A stretch of DNA of 57,901 nucleotides, filler included, from Sphacelaria rigidula (lineage: Eukaryota), in NCBI GenBank assembly GCA_964200075.2. It is 8 parts of 8 records of this genome, joined end to end, with 100 filler letters (N's around TTAATTAATTAA, not from the genome) between each part and the next. Parts side by side here need not be neighbours in the genome. Positions count along the whole stretch, not along the records: positions 50,752 to 57,901 come from CAXNAA020016246.1; 7 more parts are not named here. One strand, given 5' to 3'. Under the pieces are notes generated by a model. That model saw nothing but the letters and a program-made list of their open reading frames with translations. It did not search any database and was not told where the DNA came from. Of the stretch, positions 56,976 through 57,901 are shown piece by piece (within the stretch, counting starts at the first letter, position 1; each line of letters begins with the position of its first letter). The translations under genes and the position numbers were made by a program.

Positions 56976-57901
56976 TCCGACCCTTATAAAAATGTTGATT
57001 CGTATGCAAACCTTCCACCGGTACACGTGGCTCAGAGCACGATATCAGGGTAGCCACGACTTCCTTTGGGGAATACTGAGTCACAAGCAATCACGGGCCA
57101 ACAACGAGTGGATGCACGAGTGCATATCTGCGGAAATACGTCCCAGCCGAATTCATGCTAACCGGATTCTGTGTACGGTAGTTGCTGGCGACTGAATCCC
57201 CGATCACGCTGCTGCGAGCCGTGAGTGGAGGGGGTACGCGGGAGCGCTAGATTCTGCACTTGCTGTGCCACGCATGAAGACGGTTCGCATCGTCTTCCCC
57301 GCAGCTTGTTGGTGCTTTTCGTTGGCATTTCGCGTGTGGGTGGGAGCTGGGCAAAAAAAACATACCCTGAGGAGGCCTGCGTTTTAGCGATATCTATATA
57401 TATATATATATATATGAGGGTGTGTCTGTGTGTTCGCACTAAAACCAAGTCACGAAAAAAGAGCACGTGGATTCCATATTCAAGTCGAGTAATATCTCCA
57501 CTCGAAGAGCCTGTGGTCGCGCGAACACCGTGTCAACATGATATAAAGCAAAAGTGTCATCAGCTCCCGGGGATCCTTTCGAAAAAAGTGATACTAAAAA
57601 AACCAAACTGCTAGCTGTTGGTCGATGGACGCTCGAGTATCTCACCCTCTGAGTATGCGATTATTAAAAGTTTCGCATCAGTCAGAAAAAAAAGAAGTAT
57701 ATATATAGATATAGATAGATATAGATGTGTAACGCAACACCATGTCGACACGGTGTGATGGGAGTCCGACACTTTCTACGGTAGCCCCTCCCCCAAAAGA
57801 GTTGCTCAGCTTGGTCCGGCGAGAACCCGGCGTGCTCCGTCCCGGCTTTGTAGGGGCGGACCCCTGATGGGGTCGGCGTCGGTTGGCGATGACGATATAA
57901 A

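Overview
This window is not one locus. It is eight contigs of 7151/7150 bp joined by identical 100-nt N-TTAATTAATTAA-N linkers every 7250 bp, so nothing can be inferred about synteny across the linkers. The DNA is intron-rich and repeat-rich eukaryotic sequence, most consistent with a brown alga or related stramenopile (inference). By splicing manually I reconstruct partial genes that the ORF track largely misses: a USP10/Ubp3-like deubiquitinase (3 exons, minus), a near-complete Zn(II)2Cys6 transcription factor (minus), the 5' end of an AMT ammonium transporter with 23- and 29-nt micro-exons (minus), six exons of MCM7 (plus), an unidentified micro-exon gene and a gene with 17 x 13-aa repeats. 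An intact tRNA-Gly(CCC) with an unusual A1:U72 pair lies antisense inside an MCM7 intron. The rest is a decayed Gypsy element (integrase followed by a chromodomain and a possible Tudor-like domain), TA- and TTAA-target MITEs, fold-back elements, tRNA-headed SINEs, retroposon 3' ends and minisatellites. No CRISPR array or prokaryote-type system is supported.
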